Under the pieces are notes generated by a model. It was not told the origin of the DNA and made no database searches. It saw only the letters and a program-made list of their open reading frames with translations. Below are positions 1 through 12,334 of a stretch of 59,062 nt of DNA, in pieces (the first letter of the stretch is position 1; each line of letters begins with the position of its first letter). The translations under genes were made by a program, and so were the position numbers. The stretch lies in the NCBI GenBank assembly GCA_002269645.1, contig NIVC01004124.1, positions 1-59,062 on the forward strand, read 5' to 3'. Source of the DNA: Macrostomum lignano (taxonomy: Eukaryota).

Positions 1-240
1 GAGAGAGGGCGACAGGATGGCGACAGAGAGAGGGCGACAGGGATGGCGACAGGGAGAGGCGACAGGATGGCGACAGAGAGGGGCGACAGGGATGGCGACA
101 GAGAGAGGGCGACAGGGATGGCGACAGAGAGAGGGCGACAGGGATGGCGACAGAGAGAGGCGACAGGGATGGCGACAGGGAGAGGGCGACAGGGATGGCG
201 ACAGAGAGGGCGACAGGGATGGCGACAGAGAGGGCGACAG
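1..240. repeat. Tandem repeat, ~24-26-bp unit GACAGAGAGAGGGCGACAGGGATGGC
   Basis: Directly visible; truncated by the window start. Confidence 0.9.
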
Positions 241-460
241 AGAGACGGAGGCAGAAAGAAGAAGACACGGAGAAGTAAAAGGTGGAAGGGAAGGAAAGAT
301 TCTAGAAAGATGAAGATATGAAGAATAGAATGAGAAGCTGGAGAGGAAATAGCAGAGGTAGTAGAGAACTCACATTAAGAACAACATAGAATTGATAGTG
401 GCTCATGCAGTATAACTGAAAAGGGGCAGAACCACACGCAATATCTGCTCATTAACTCAC

Positions 461-1045
461 CGATTCCTAGCTGGCATGGAATCGGCGGCCCGCTGGAATT
501 TGGCAAGCAGGCAGATGAGGCTGCGCAATAGTTGATGATAGCCTCGCAGACTCTGCCAGACCGGATCGCCGGCCCGGCGCCGTAGCAGCTGATCGTAGGC
601 CTGAGCCAGACGGTGCAGCGGATAATCGAACTGGCAGAACGCGTTGACAACCCAGCCCTCCTCTAGGCGGGCTTCTATAGCGCGCTTCTCCAGTGTGGCT
701 ACAATCTGTACGGCTGGGAAAAAGTCTTCGCCATTGGCACCGCTGGAATAGGATCGGCCGAGCCTGCGCATGGAGAGCAACGGGCGCTTGGGCGATTGAA
801 TGCGGTTTATTTAAAAAAAATACCCCAGCGGCACTTTGGTTGCATAGCTGCATAAGCTGTCTTAGTGTCTGTCTGTCTGTCTTAGTGTCTGTCTTAGTGT
901 CTTAGTGTCTGTCTTAGTGTCTGTCTGTCTGTCTTAGTGTCTGTCTGTCTGTCTTAGTGTCTTAGTGTCTGTCTGTCTTAGTGTCTTAGTGTCTGTCTTA
1001 GTGTCTGTCTTAGTGTCTGTCTGTCTGTCTTAGTGTCTGTCTTAG

Positions 1046-1078
<33 letters not shown>

Positions 1079-2668
1079 TAGTGTCTGTCTTAGTGTCTTA
1101 GTGTCTGTCTGTCTGTCTGTCTGTCTGTGTTTGCAAGTCTACCTGTTTATTTAACTCTTCCAGAAAAATCGCTGGGGACAATGCTCCCGCTCAGACACAC
1201 CTGGCCAGAGTCTGCTGCACAGCCCTGAAGCCGGCCGGTCCGGCCAGCTCCCTGTCCAGCAGTTCCTCCCACAGCTGATTGACCAGCGCCTGGTCCCGGT
1301 GCCCCGCCGAGGCCACAATTCTCAGTTTGGCCAGCGGCAGGCGCAGCGGAGCGGCGAACTCTGCATAGAGCTCCGTGAGGGGAAACAGCTGACCGTTGAG
1401 CCGGCGCACAGCTTCGGCCATCTCGGGCGAGGCAGCCGACTGCGGATACCGCTGCTGCAGCTCCTCTAGCACGGCCGCTTGCACCGTGGCGGTGTCCAAC
1501 TCGTCCTCCAACTGTTGAAGCAATTCGCCAATGCCTTCGCCGGTCGACTCTTGGCGTCGACAATGGCCTGAGCCAGGTAGGCCTGACGCTGGGCCAGATC
1601 AGCGGTGTCGCAGGCTGCCACGGCCAGGTGTTCGAGTATTCTAGCCGCCTCTAGAACTTTGCCGCAGCGTTTCAAATGCCGGCAGAGCAATTCGCGCAAC
1701 TGTTGATCTTCGGGCGTTTTGCGCAGCCTATTGCGCAGGTAGGATTCTAAATGAGCCGAATCGTGACTAAGCATCTGCTCGGTCATGCCGTGTTGGCTCA
1801 GCCAGTTGAACATCTCGTAGTGGGCCAGCATGTCGTCTGAGTTTAGCGTCACCTGTTACCATGGAGATGAAAGCATTCTAAAAAATAACTTTCAATACAA
1901 GAGGCAAGGCGGCTGTGTCGCACAACCGGCGAGAAGGCATTACTACCCATTCCGCCGACTCCCTTGAGCAGGCACACAAGCGCGCAGATATGTACGTAGT
2001 CACAAGAGTGTACAGCGGCCCTAACTTTATTTATCGTTAGGAATGTACACTTCACTGTACCTTGGGGGTTGGCTATCCAGGGCGTTAATTGCACGAGCAG
2101 AGCCAAGCCAAGATTCCAATTTAGACCAAATTAATGTGAATTGCACTGGGAATCGAGCCTGGGCCGCTGGCACATCAGAGCGAAAGGCTACGCCCGCCCC
2201 GTACTAAGGAGTCTATACAGCAGATAACAGACTTGACGCACGCTGGCACAGCCACATACTGATTAGCTTAAAAAGAAGCAAATGTACTTTAAAGTGGCTC
2301 ACCCGGATAACATTGTCCAACACTCTGGCCATCTCGTGCTGACCCTGCTGCGCTTTGGCCGGCGATTGCGAGACAACGGCGGCTGCAGCTGCTGCTGCCG
2401 CGGCTGCCGCTGAGGAGTGCGGACTTACGCCGACTGGTCGGGGCGTCACGGCCACCGGCACGGTTGCAGCGCCAGCTCCGGTGGCTGCACGACGCAGACG
2501 GGTGCAAATGTCCAGCAGGGCCTGGTAGCAGCCGTGTCGGCCGGCGACCGCGTCTGCGTCCGCCTCCGTGTGCGGCTTCCGGCCTTCGCGTGTGAAGTGC
2601 AGAGCGCGATCCTGGTGGGCGGGGCGGCAAGGTAGGAATGCTAATGCGAAGCGGGCGGACTGACTGAC

Positions 2669-2723
<55 letters not shown>

Positions 2724-5700
2724 CACACACAGACGCGCACCTGAGGATCCCACTGCTTGGCCAAGGCCAGGCACAATCCGGCCATAGTCTCGTAGGCCTG
2801 CAGAGCCTCTAGCCGGGGCAGCACATCGGCCAGGCTGACGGAGGTGCCGGCCTCCCTGTACAGCCGGCCGGCCTCGGCCAACAGGCTGGTCCGACGGTCG
2901 AGCGGCTCGCCGGCAGCCGCTTGCAGCATTTCGTTAGCCTTGGCACACAGGGCATCCTGCGGAGTATAGAGCGATGAGCAGGCCTCCTGCAGCTTGTTAG
3001 AGATGCTGTCAACGCTGGCGCTGTCGGCCAGGTAGTGCTCAAGCAGACAGGCGATTAAACGATTGAGCAGTAGGCGATTCTTAGCCAGAAGTAGGTCTCG
3101 AAACCGCGTTCCACGAAGGTGTGCGCGCTCGTCTTCTGTCAGGCGTCTGTAAAACAATCGATTGTGGTCGGGGAGGTTCTTGAGGCTTGAAATTTCTGTG
3201 ACAATAGTGCAGAGCATGGGACACAATGGGTAATGTGCAGTATAAAGTATGGAACAAGGGGTAATGTGCAGTATAAAGTATGGGACAAAGGGTAATGTGC
3301 AGTATAAAGTATGGAACAAGGGGTAATGTGGAGTATAAAGTATGGGACAAGGGTAATGTGCAGTATAAAGTATGGGACAAAGGGTAATGTGCAGTATAAA
3401 GTATGGAACAAGGGGTAATGTGCAGTATAAAGTATGGGACAAGGGGTAATGTGCAGTATAAAGTATGGAACAAGGGTAATGTGCAGTATAAAGTATGGGA
3501 CAAGGGGTAATGTGCAGTATAAAGTATGGAACAAGGGGTAATGTGCAGTATAAAGTATGGGACAAGGGGTAATGTGCAGTATAAAGTATGGAACAAGGGG
3601 TAATGGGCAGTATAAAGTATGGGACAAAGGGTAATGTGCAGTATAAAGTATGGAACAAGGGGTAATGTGCAGTATAAGTATGGGACAAGGGGTAATGGGT
3701 AGTATAAAGTATGGAACAAGGGGTAATGTGCAGTATAAAGTACACAAGGGGTAATGTGCAATTTGAATCAGTACAAACCTGGCCACAAGATAGAACTGAT
3801 GCTCAGCCAGCAGTTTCCACAGGTTCAACAGTTCCAAATTAGTAGAAATCAATTGCAACAATTTGTAGGCCCGCTGTTGACTCTCAGCTTCAACGCGGCC
3901 CCTAGCCGAAGCGCTTAGCTGGGCTAGATTGGATTGCACAAATCTGAACAGGTGAGTCAGATGAGACGAGAACCAGCCAAGCTCGTCGGATTCTAATCGG
4001 CTGACTAAGAAGCAGCCGCGCCGTTCAGACACGATCGGGCTGTACCAGAGAGGCAGCAGGACTCTGGCGGCGTAGCGGGACAGGCCGGACAGCAGGGCAT
4101 TGGCCGACGGGTCGGCTGCCGCGGCGCTTGATGGAACCGGCGTCTGGCAATCGATTGAGGCGGCCATGGCGGCTGCGATGGGTGCGAAGATGGTGTAAAT
4201 TAATTATGCTTGAAATTTGATGGCATTTCATGTATTTATAAACTGCCGATGGGCCAGAATGGGTTGCCTACAGAAATAAAGATCTGTGAGGGTGGTGGTG
4301 GCCCAGCAACTGAGGATTTGTGAGGGTGGTGGTGGCCCAGCAACTGAGGATTTGTGAGGGTGGTGGTGGCCCAGCAACTGAGGATCTGGGAGGCTGGTCT
4401 AGCAACTGAGGATGCGGGAGGCTGGCCTAGCAACTGAGGATCTGGGAGGCTGGCCTAGCAACTGAGGATCTGGGAGGCTGGCCCAGCAACTGAGGATCTG
4501 GGAGGCTGACCTAGCAACTGAGGATCTGGGAGGCTGGCAGGTGGCTCAGCAACTGAGGATCTGGGAGGCTGGCCCAGCAACTGAGGATCTGGGAGGCTGG
4601 CCCAGCAACTGAGGATCTGGGAGGCTGGCCCAGCAACTGAGGATCTGGGAGGCTGGCAGGTGGCTCAGCAACTGAGGATCTGGGAGGCTGGCCCAGCAAC
4701 TGAGGATCTGGGAGGCTGGCCTAGCAACTGAGGATCTGTGAGGGTGGTGGTGGCCCAGCAACTGAGGATGCGGGAGGCTGGCCTAGCAACTGAGGATCTG
4801 GGAGGCTGGACCAGCAACTGAGGATCTGGGAGGCTGGCCCAGCAACTGAGGATCTGGGAGGCTGGCCTAGCAACTGAGGATCTGGGAGGCTGGCCCAGCA
4901 ACTGAGGATCTGGGAGGTTGGCCCAGCAACTGAGGATCTGTGAGGGTGGTGGTGGCCCAGCAACTGAGGATGCGGGAGGCTGGCCTAGCAACTGAGGATC
5001 TGGGAGGCTGGACCAGCAACTGAGGATCTGGGAGGCTGGCCCAGCAACTGAGGATCTGGGAGGCTGGCCTAGCAACTGAGGATCTGGGGACTGGCAGGTG
5101 GCTCAGCAACTGAGGATCTGGGAGGCTGGCCCAGCAACTGAGGATCTGGGAGGCTGGCCCAGCAACTGAGGATCTGGGAGGCTGGCCTAGCAACTGAGGA
5201 TCTGGGAGGCTGGCCCAGCAACTGAGGATCTGGGAGGGCTAGCTTAGCAACTGAGTATCTGGGAGGCTGGCTCAGCAACTGATGATCTGGGCAGCAGGTG
5301 AGGATCTGGGAGGGTGGTGGTGGCCCAGCAACTGAGGATGCGGGCAGCTGGTGAGGATCTGGGATAGTGGCCTAGCAACTGAGGATCTGGGAGGATGGCC
5401 CAGCAACTGAGGATCTGGGAGGCTAGCCCAGCAACTGAGGATCTGGGAGGCTGGCCCAGCAACTGAGGATCTGGGAGGCTGGCCCAGCAACTGAGGAGAC
5501 TCAAAATAAAAGTACCAACCATCTCTAACAGCCGCGGCAGTGCCATGCAGCATGACGGCGGCCAGCGCTCTCTCCCTAACTAGATCGTCGCTATCGCAGC
5601 AGGCTAGGATCAGACAGACGCAGCTGCTCTCCTCGGGGCCAAAGTGGGCAAACCAATCTGTCACCGGACGAGAATCCGGCTGATTGGCCGCTAACAAACC

Positions 5701-8694
5701 GGCCAGACGCATTAGCGGAGTCTGCAATTCCAGCAGCACAAGGCCGTGCACTGATACTAATAGAAACCGCCTGACCGGATCAACGTGTTGAGTCAGAAAC
5801 ACAGGAGGATACGGCCTGCCAACTAGGGGACCGTCGTGCAGCTGGGGATCGATGCCGATGTCCCGATAATCCAGCTGCGGGCTGGGCAGGCAGCACATGA
5901 TCCAGGCACGGCCAGGGGGCCAGGCCACGCTGCAGGCCTCCTGAATAAAGAGAAAAAATGAAGGAGAATATTTAATTTACTATTGCATGGCTAAGTTAAT
6001 TAAGTTAAAGTGTGTACGGCTAATTAGGTGGAACCCATCTGAAATACAGTGCCGTTGGATTGGCGTCACACTGAAGCATTGGTAAGTAAGACTGGCGTCA
6101 CACTGAAACATTGGAGAGTGGCTGGACTGGCGCCACACTGAAGCATTGGTAAGTGGCTGGACTGGCGCCACACTGAAGCATTAGTAAGTGGCTGGACTGG
6201 CGCCACACTGAAGCATTGGAAAGTGGCTGGACTGGCGCCACACTGAAGCATTGGTAAGTAAGACTGGCGACACACTGAAGCATTGGAAAGTGGCTGGACT
6301 GGCGCCACACTGAAGCATTGGAAAGTGGCTGGACTGGCGCTATACTGAAGCATACAGTACAATGGATACTAGAGACTGGCGCTACACTGAAGCATTGGTA
6401 AGTGGCTGGACTGGCGCTACACTGAAGCACATAAAGTACACTCTGAAACCATAAAAGTACACGCAATGAAACGCAATAGTACATAGAAAAGCCCCAGGCG
6501 CACCTGCAGCTGCGGTCTCCTAGGAAACGGGTCCGGACTGAGCACATAGAGTGTGTCCCGATCCTCCCCTCGACTGGCCAGCATCAGGACCGTACCGCGG
6601 CTCTCCGTGGCCAGCCGAATATCGGCCAGCCTAGGCAGACTCGGACACATCGGGCCTAGCCGAACGTGAGCCAGGCGTAGGCGAGCATCGAAATAGAATC
6701 GAACCCCGGACCCGGTGACGGCCATAAGATAGAGCATAGCGGAATGCTGAGCAGTCAGCGGCGACAGGTGTACAATATCGGTTAGACAGCTGCGATCGAC
6801 CATGTGAGCAATGCGGGCAGCATGAGCGGCCAGGTCTGAGCCGCGCAGGGCCGCCACCCGCCTGGCCGCCGTATCGCCAGCCTCGGCAGACAAGGCATAG
6901 GCAAACACGGTCGACTCCTGCGATCTGGTGTACACTAATCGTCTGCTGTCGTCTACGCACACCTGGCATATTGGATCGTCGGCTGCCGCTAAACTACTGA
7001 TGAAGCTGGGCACTAGGCGGGAGAGGCTGGACACGCTGTGATTGATTAAGCGGCCCTGTACCTGAAAAGATGCGAGTGTAACAATTATCTTTAATGTACT
7101 TATGTACTGCTTTAAGTAGCAATACTATCAAGTTAGTTTTTAGTTTTTAACTCAGTAAGTCAGTCAGTCAGTCAGTCAGTCAGTCAGTCAGTCAGTCAGT
7201 CAGTCAGTCAGTCAGTCAGTCAGTCAGTCAGTCAGTCAGTCAGTCAGTCAGTCAGTCAGTCAGTCAGTCAGTCAGTCAGTCAGTCAGTCAGTCAGTCAGT
7301 CAGTCAGTCAGTCAGTCAGTCAGTCAGTCAGTCAGTCAGTCAGTCAGTCAGTCAGTCAGTCAGTCAGTCAGTCAGTCAGTCAGTCAGTCAGTCAGTCAGT
7401 CAGTCAGTCAGTCAGTCAGTCAGTCAGTCAGTCAGTCAGTCAGTCAGTCAGTCAGTCAGTCAGTCAGTCAGTCAGTCAGTCAGTCAGTCAGTCAGTCAGT
7501 CAGTCAGTCAGTCAGTCAGTCAGTCAGTCAGTCAGTCAGTCAGTCAGTCAGTCAGTCAGTCAGTCAGTCAGTCAGTCAGTCAGTCAGTCAGTCAGTCAGT
7601 CAGTCAGTCAGTCAGTCAGTCAGTCAGTCAGTCAGTCAGTCAGTCAGTCAGTCAGTCAGTCAGTCAGTCAGTCAGTCAGTCAGTCAGTCAGTCAGTCAGT
7701 CAGTCAGTCAGTCAGTCAGTCAGTCAGTCAGTCAGTCAGTCAGTCAGTCAGTCAGTCAGTCAGTCAGTCAGTCAGTCAGTCAGTCAGTCAGTCAGTCAGT
7801 CAGTCAGTCAGTCAGTCAGTCAGTTAGTTAAGTAACTCTGTATATTGTGTCTTATCATTTAACACCTCTATATTTTCCACACCCAGATCCCCCACCCACC
7901 GTGTACTGGCCGCTAAGCCATCCAACTCGGCGCTCCTCATACGCCACCTCGAGCAGGCAGCCAGACTGGGTGCCAGCGAACAGCCGGCCAGTCGATCGGC
8001 TGCCTTCAATACAGGTGACAACCTGTCCATCAGTTGGCAGGCGCAACAGCGGTTCGGCCAGCAGGTGCACCTGGCCAGACTGATAACTAACGCCTAGCAC
8101 AGCTAATTCTAAAGGCGTAGCCAGGCACAACAGATGGTGCACCTCGTCTGCAAACACATCTCGCCTAGGCTGTACAAATCCAACAGCAACAATAGCGTCT
8201 TGAAGCCCGTCATAATAAGCTAAATCGCTGCCGTCCTCGTAGTTCCACAAGAAGAATTCGTTATCAACAGTCAGCCAGGCCCGGCTAGCCTCCGGGAACA
8301 CGCCCATGAGGCAGTTGGTCTGCATAGCGCCCAGTTTCTCCATTAGTTCGCCTGGCAGCGGAGTGACGCGCGAGATCGACACTTCGCCGCCTGAGCCATT
8401 CGGACTAGGCGGATAGGCCGCCACGTCGGTGCCGCTCATGGTCACCCGATCGCCCACGCCGCCTAGCAGGGTGGCCAGATCCGGGTAGCTGCGCTCCGAT
8501 TGGACGAACGGCTCCAGGAATTGCAGGCCCTCCTCGATCAGGTCGCCGCCTGGCGCGCCGGACGCTGCAACGCCGGACGCTGCGGCCGACGGGGTAGCGG
8601 CGATTCCGCAGCTGCCAATAGCAATGCCGCTTGATGGCGGAGTCTGCTGCTGATGCTGTTGCATGATGGCGACTGACGGCGGTCCATTTACCAT
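461..8694 (-). CDS. NUP155: Nucleoporin Nup155 (Nup170/157 family); 3'-terminal exon lies outside the window
   Basis: Phase-consistent GT-AG exons (minus): 8694-7900, 7061-6504, 5940-5520, [4267-4244 candidate microexon], 4172-3779, 3146-2741, 2611-2303, 1852-1201, 763-461. Recognisable segments: MGVFPEASRAWLTVDNEFFLWNYEDGSDLAYYDGL, LLRLPTDG, INHSVSSLSRLVPS, LWKLLAEHQFYLVARRLTEDERAHLRGTRFRDLLL, FFPAVQIVATLEKR. One frameshift at ~1547, repaired by one extra T. Last donor at 461 is phase 2 with no acceptor exon in the window. Confidence 0.93.
858..1127. repeat. (GTCT)n / TTAGTGTCT compound microsatellite in NUP155 intron
   Basis: Directly visible. Confidence 0.95.
1912..2200 (-). mobile_element. 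SINE family B copy in NUP155 intron
   Basis: Reverse complement aligns by eye with 36371-36690 (CGCTCTGATGTGCCAGCGGCCCAGGCTCGATTC; CAAGGTACAGTGAAGTGTACAT; GAGTCGGCGGAATGGG). Confidence 0.8.
2660..2733. repeat. (CAGA)n microsatellite in NUP155 intron
   Basis: Directly visible, starting within 10 nt of the donor at 2740. Confidence 0.95.
3228..3762. repeat. 30-31-bp minisatellite CAGTATAAAGTATGGGACAAGGGGTAATGTG
   Basis: About 17 copies, in the NUP155 intron 3147-3778. Confidence 0.95.
4283..5495. repeat. 28-bp minisatellite GCAACTGAGGATCTGGGAGGCTGGCCCA (array 1)
   Basis: Fills nearly the whole intron 4268-5519. Confidence 0.95.
6060..6430. repeat. 35-bp minisatellite CTGGCGCCACACTGAAGCATTGGTAAGTGGCTGGA
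   Basis: About 10 copies, in NUP155 intron 2. Confidence 0.93.
7158..7824. repeat. Apparently pure (GTCA)n microsatellite, ~166 units
   Basis: Directly visible, in NUP155 intron 1. Confidence 0.97.
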
Positions 8695-8974
8695 TTTGTT
8701 AGGACTGACATGAAATTAGCGCGACGCTATGGGCTTTAGCTGGCAAAAATGTACTAAATCTGGCATATTTATTGTTGGGGCAACTGTACAGGATATCCGT
8801 TCTGCCTCTCCTGTATTAGGAATCTGGGATAGCGACACAAAGGGTAGAATTTAGGGATTTGGACACTCAAATTGAAGATATGGGATGCCATAAAATGAGG
8901 ATTTTTGAGGGTACCAAGGTAGCCTACGGATCTAGGAGGGTAGCAAAGCTATTAAGGATCTTTGAGCGTAGCAG

Positions 8975-9400
8975 TGGTTCAGCAACCGAGGATCTGGGAG
9001 GCTGGCCTGGCAACTGAGGATCTGGGAGGCTGTGGCCCGACAACTGAGGATCTGGAAGGCTGTGGCCCGGCAACTGAGGATCTGGGAGGGTGGCCCGGCA
9101 ACTGAGGATCTGGGAGGGTGGCCCAGCAACTGAGGATCTGGGAGGCTGGCCTACAACTGAGGATTTGGGAGGCTGGCCTAGCAACTGAGGATCTGGGAGG
9201 CTGTGGCCCGACAACTGAGGATCTGAGAGGCTGGCCCAACAACTTAGGATCTGAGAGGCTGGCCCAGCAACTGAGGATCTGGGAGGGTGGCCCAGCAACT
9301 TAGGATCTGGGAGGCTGGCCCAGTAACTGAGGATCTGGGAGACTGGCCCAGAAACTGAGGATCTGGGAGGGTGGCCCAGCAACCTGGGAGGGTGGCTCAA
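8975..9400. repeat. 28-bp minisatellite GCAACTGAGGATCTGGGAGGCTGGCCCA (array 2)
   Basis: Same unit and orientation as 4283-5495; lies between IRF and NUP155. Confidence 0.93.
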
Positions 9401-9769
9401 CCTGTTGATCTATAAATTATTATTACACATAAAATCCCAAAGGTCGTAAAATAATCCGTCCTGATCTAAAATTACTTACCTTTATTCTTATTCTTCTAAC
9501 TGGTAATTAGATAGCAACCCAAATGTTGAAAAAATAACTAAAAGGCCTTTAACAACGGTAAGTAAATAGACAAACGTGTGAAATAATTTAAATTTTGATA
9601 ACATATATTTAGAATCAAGTCATGCTAATCATTGATGTCCGATAAGCGATAACATATCCATGGGAATATGATAACATATCTATACACCATTAATACTGTA
9701 CTGAGTAGACAAAAATTGAAATGAAATGGAATACAATCAAACAAAGCAAGCCACAGTTATTTGAAGTGA

Positions 9770-10483
9770 TCAGGATTGCAGCAAGCCAGCCAAGGCGCTG
9801 CCGCTGGAATGCATGCACGGATCAATGCTGGACACCAGCGGCGACTTGTCGATCAGCCAATCAATGATAATTTCGTTGTCAATGTCAACAGTATGCTTGG
9901 CAACGGGTTTACAATCGAATTGGTCATAGTTTTCATTGGCCGCAATGTCAAAGCTGGCATCTGTGGGGGTGCTAGCAACACTAGTAGCTGGCGTAGACAA
10001 AACGGCGACGCGACTGTTGGCGTCGTTAGCAACGAACTGGTAGACTCGGTAGGCGTTGGCGCCCCGCGCCGGCTTAGGTCGCGCCGATAGCGCAGATAGC
10101 GCCGGCTGCCGTTTAGGGCGCAGCGAAAATTTTGTTTAAGTCGGCGCCATTCAGCCGGGCTGTCGCGGCCTGCGAATTTAGTAAGAGGGCAACAATGTGC
10201 TACAGATATGCTGAAGTTATAAATGTACTTTAGTACAGTATATAAAATTGATACGGAACTACTCTGCTGGAGTCCGCTTAGCAAAGTATTTTTACCTATT
10301 AATCGATTGATAAGGAAATTGAATGTATTAGACAAAACTGCAAGGTATTACAAGACAAAGATAGAATAAGAGATATGATGATATACATACTAACAAACAG
10401 ACAGATGCGCAAAGGAACGACAGACAGACTGACTAACGGGACAGACAGATAGGCAGTGCAGACAGGCATATAAGAAAAGGGGC

Positions 10484-10566
<83 letters not shown>

Positions 10567-10645
10567 GTCACACAGACAGACACTAAGACAGACAGACAGA
10601 CAGATAGAAAGACAGACGGACAGATAGACACACCGACAGACAGAC

Positions 10646-10724
<79 letters not shown>

Positions 10725-10849
10725 GTCACACAGACAGACACTAAGACAGACAGACAGACAGACAGACAGAGTCACACAGACAGACACTAAGACAGACAGA
10801 CAGACAGATAGAAAGACAGACGGACAGATAGACACACCGACAGACAGAC

Positions 10850-10932
<83 letters not shown>

Positions 10933-11062
10933 GTCACACAGACAGACACTAAGACAGACAGACAGACAGACAGACAGAGTCACACAGACAGACACTAAGA
11001 CAGACAGACAGACAGATAGAAAGACAGACGGACAGATAGACACACGGACAGACAGACAGAGG

Positions 11063-11128
<66 letters not shown>

Positions 11129-11537
11129 GAGACAGGCAGACAGCCAGACGGACAGACAGGCAGTCACCTCGATACCGGTGCCAGGCAGTGAATACGCTAC
11201 CACGGCCGCTGCCGCAGTCCTCAGCAGCAGCGGCAGCAGCAGTTCCACAGCCGTGTCCTCCGCAGTCAGCCGGCCGCAGCCGCCGCCTGTCACACTGCCG
11301 CCGATGCCAATCGATGCGAAACAGGCCGCTAGCCCTGTCCAGCCAGACTAGATCTGGCAGGTAAGCCGAGTCCAACTGGCTCAGCAACCATCTGTCGATG
11401 CGATCGCAGCACCGATTCGAGCCAATCAATGTACAATGCGGCCGAGGCCGCCGCCTCCGAGGACGAAGCTGACTCGGCGATTCGGCGTGGAAATCTTCAT
11501 CATCATTATTGTTTTCATCGCCACTTTTATTAAACAT
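9770..11537 (-). CDS. IRF: Interferon regulatory factor (IRF)-family transcription factor, DNA-binding domain plus short C-terminal region, ~256 aa
   Basis: Exons 11537-11168 and 10169-9770, phase-1 junction RYR-G-RDSP. IRF tryptophan pentad: [47 protein letters not shown]. Frameshift at the A4 run 9999-10002 joins to ORF 9770-10000. Without that repair the frame stops at 9853. Confidence 0.82.
10395..11160. repeat. (CAGA)n microsatellite with a higher-order duplicated block, in IRF intron
   Basis: The block GAGTCACACAGACAGACACTAAG..GATAGAAAGACAGACGGACAGATAGACAC recurs three times. Confidence 0.95.
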
Positions 11538-12334
11538 TTTCAAATAGATAAAGCTTTTTTTAAATATTTCACTGCTTGCCGATGGCCATTTTTCACGGCT
11601 ACTATTCAATAATAAAAGCTGCGGCGGTCTCTCGATATGAAACATATATACACAGAGCGCGTGTACATAGGAGCGCAAGTACATCCGCAACAGGAAACAG
11701 ACCCACAGCAGCTCTACAGACTGTGTACTTGAACTAGGCTATCTGCGTAAAAAATTTCAGACGCGTATTCAGCAAGTACAACACAATGTCATTCTCAGTC
11801 ACGGAGTTTTCTTGGAAATGAGAGCAGTGTACAAAAATTGAGGTATGTCCTAGGGCATAAATGTTAGTTTGCTGCAGTTTGGCTCTTGCATACTGAGAAC
11901 AAAACTGAGAGAAAGAGAGAGGGGGAGAGGGAGAGAGAGATATTGTGAGGTACGGAGACTCAGAGAGTAAATCAAACAATATAGAAAAGCATTACCAAGC
12001 GGAGAGAAGTTGTTGAACGTAACGGCAGAAACTGATAATTATATTGCTCGAATCTGAGTGTTAAGACACAAATATGCATATATACAGTAGAAGGTGACGT
12101 TAAATGTAATTTTGTTTTGTAGCTTAACACTTCGAATTTACAGAATTTGACACTGACAGATAAAGAAGGCAATTTCGAGTAGCCAATAAGCATTGTGCAC
12201 TAAAACAAAAGTACAATTAATACACTTGGAATGTCCTTCGTCTGTCCTGCACTTTCACCTGTTCATACTTGACATAGTAAAGGGCTGGAATAACTGACTA
12301 GCACAATAGGAGTCAAAGGCTGCATGAATGAATA

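Noticed and set aside
2213-3761. 510-aa ORF read as a single exon
   Set aside because: It runs through satellite introns. Only 3146-2741 and 2611-2303 are NUP155 coding.
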